Shown here piece after piece: positions 62,001-64,000 of a stretch of DNA of 64,000 nt. The notes beneath the pieces were generated by a model that made no database searches, was not told the DNA's origin, and saw nothing but the letters and a program-made list of their open reading frames with translations. Every line of letters starts with the position of its first letter. The first letter of the stretch is position 1. Location: positions 131,254,001 through 131,318,000 of the forward strand of contig OZ024745.1 in NCBI GenBank assembly GCA_964016885.1, given 5' to 3'. The position numbers and the translations under genes are program-made. This DNA is from Eledone cirrhosa (lineage: Eukaryota).

Positions 62001-62939
62001 AAATTATTCTATCCAAATTTACGAAAAGAAAGAAGCAATAATTACTATTATTCCTGATCAGTCATGTTCATTCCAATTTTGGTGCCAAATAGTTAGGATT
62101 ACTTTTTATACTGCAGGATTACTGATTTTCCCAACCCTCCAAGATCAGTAATCCTAGTTTGTTGAAATTTACTAGTCTTCTTTCCTTCGATAACTTTCTC
62201 TATTCTTCTCACTTACGATTACACGGTACTATGAAAAGACAATGTTAAACTCTAACGCTCGAAGAGCTTCTTACGTTCCCACTGAGAAATTTCGACAGAA
62301 ATTTCATTAGTAAGCTGAAGTTCTATTTTATCCTGTTAACTCAACTCTTTCTCCGACGACTGATCTAATAGAACTTGCTGTGGCAATGGTAGTCAGCACT
62401 TGTAGTATTTGTTGCCTTCGTTATCACTACTACTGTTACTGATGTTGCAAGTTTGTCATCACTTTTACTGCTTTTGTTACTGACGTGTTGGACTGTCCCT
62501 TAACCTGCATTAATAGATCGCAAGACAGTTACAGCAATGTTTTCACTGAATAATATAACATGACAGCTGCCTGATCGATGACTGAAACCAGTTGGATATA
62601 TTGGTATCTAGGAATAAGGCCAGCACATTTGGAAGAAAGGGCAAAGTTGATTAAACCAACCCCACTACTTGACTGATAGTTTATTTCATAGACCTCGGAA
62701 GGATAAAAGGCAAAGTTAACATCAGTGGGATTTGAACTCGGGATGTAAAGAGCAACACTAAATGCCGCTATATGTCATTTTATCCGACGATCCCTCATTC
62801 CCCTGAAAAGAAACTAAAATATATGAAGAGTTAATGTTAAGAAATTTAGTTAGTAATTTATAAATTTATTACTTCCATTGAGTTCTATATTCTTCTTGTC
62901 GTATGATATATGCTCAATGGTTAGAGAGGGAGGGGGAGA

Positions 62940-64000
62940 GAGACTGGTGATCCAGACTAAGGTGTCGTAATATTATGGATTGCCTCAAGGCCGCTGGGAA
63001 AAGATCTGAGGGGTCTGTAGCGGTTGTCTCCCTTGTTTAGATTAATGTCTGGACGGGAAGTGGGGCCCTTTCTGTAACTTCCGGTCAGAGCCCTATAAAA
63101 CTAACAACTGTAAGCTCTCTTTCTCTCATTGCCTTTTCGGCACCAGGTCAAGAGCCTCTCATTTGGCTCTGCCATTCATTTGGCTCTGCCATTCATTTGG
63201 CCAACAGGCGCCTGGCCTTAACCAGGCGTCCTCTGCCAGCCGCGTTTGCCTGGCAATCAAAACGGTAACTACTAACTTTGCTTCATTCTATCATCCTCAT
63301 CTTTGACATGTCAACTATACTATCTACCATTGTTAATTAAATATTATACACACAAACAATGTATTCCTTGTTACATTCATACAACCCAGTATCCTCGCTA
63401 TAGGTCAATCCCAGACAACATGCAGCACTGTCTGGTCAGGGTCCCCACAGTCACATGCTGGGCTGTCTTTGATTTTCCATCAATGGAGATGACGGACTGT
63501 CCTGGCATGTGTTGTACAGGTCCGATTAAGGGACACCCATTGATTTCTAAGAAAGTCAAAACTGGCTGGTTTAGATGTGGGGTCAGTGACGAAGGCATGG
63601 TTGACAAATTTGGACTCATTCCATGATCTGCGTCACCCTTTCCTCAGATCAAAGTTATTGTCTTGAAGGATTTTCACTGATTCACAGAATAGTTTGCGTG
63701 ATTTCAAATCCACGTTGGGAAGGTTTTCATGGATGGGCTTGGACTTTTGGTAAGAAATGTTGCCTGGCGGATCATTTCCTGACGCCGCATGTGAGAAGGA
63801 GCTATATTAGAAAGGGTATTAAGTATACCCATGGAAATTGAACCGCCGTGTCCTGGCTACTGCGACGGCGGTGTTTAAGATAAGGTACAGTGTGTCGGCC
63901 TGCCCATAGGGCATACATAGTCATCAAGGTATGGTGTCAGATCCCATGGACCCGCGCTGCCACCCCGACTGACGTCCGCTTCCCCGTGTGGTTTTATTAG
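62940..64000 (-). mobile_element. Vingi/Ingi-like LINE 3' portion interrupted by a solo LTR; continues past the window end
   Basis: LSNIAPSHMRR...VTDPTSKPASFDFLRNQWVSLNRTCTTHAR...WKIKDSPACDCGDPDQTVLHVVWD*|PLRSFPSGLEAIH, a CCHC zinc-knuckle C-terminus with stop codons. Confidence 0.78.
63016..63402 (+). mobile_element. Solo LTR, 387 bp, Gypsy-like 4-bp TSD
   Basis: GGTC|TGTAGCG...CGCTATA|GGTC. Terminal inverted repeat with the final CA mutated to TA, TATAAAA at about 63094 and ATTAAA at about 63336. Removing it rejoins the host LINE frame. Confidence 0.85.

Overview
Eukaryotic, AT-rich, repeat-dense animal DNA. The SINE/RTE/Penelope landscape with (ATG)n, (ATT)n and (TA)n tails resembles an octopod cephalopod (inference only). 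Positions 461-39161 (+) hold the last ten coding exons of a CIP2A (KIAA1524) orthologue. All splice sites are GT-AG and phase-consistent, giving 1167 nt, or 388 aa plus stop; the 5' part of the gene lies upstream of the window. The introns and the apparently intergenic 40-64 kb region are a mosaic of tRNA-derived SINEs (at least three families), decayed LINE fragments (RTE, Vingi/Ingi, CRE, HERO, Penelope-like), TTAA- and TA-flanked MITEs, a Helitron-like element and a solo LTR. The most striking pattern is that nearly every large tandem array (45, 48, 48, 58, 64, 60-72 and 77 bp units) is an in-situ amplification of a sub-segment of a recognisable mobile element, and two of these amplify the Pol III A-box head of a SINE. 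There are also several long palindromes and candidate minimal hammerhead ribozymes. The long ORFs in the supplied track are artefacts of repeat units that are multiples of 3. No prokaryotic system or CRISPR array is present. Family assignments come from remembered motifs, not database searches, and TE boundaries are approximate unless a target-site duplication (TSD) is given.
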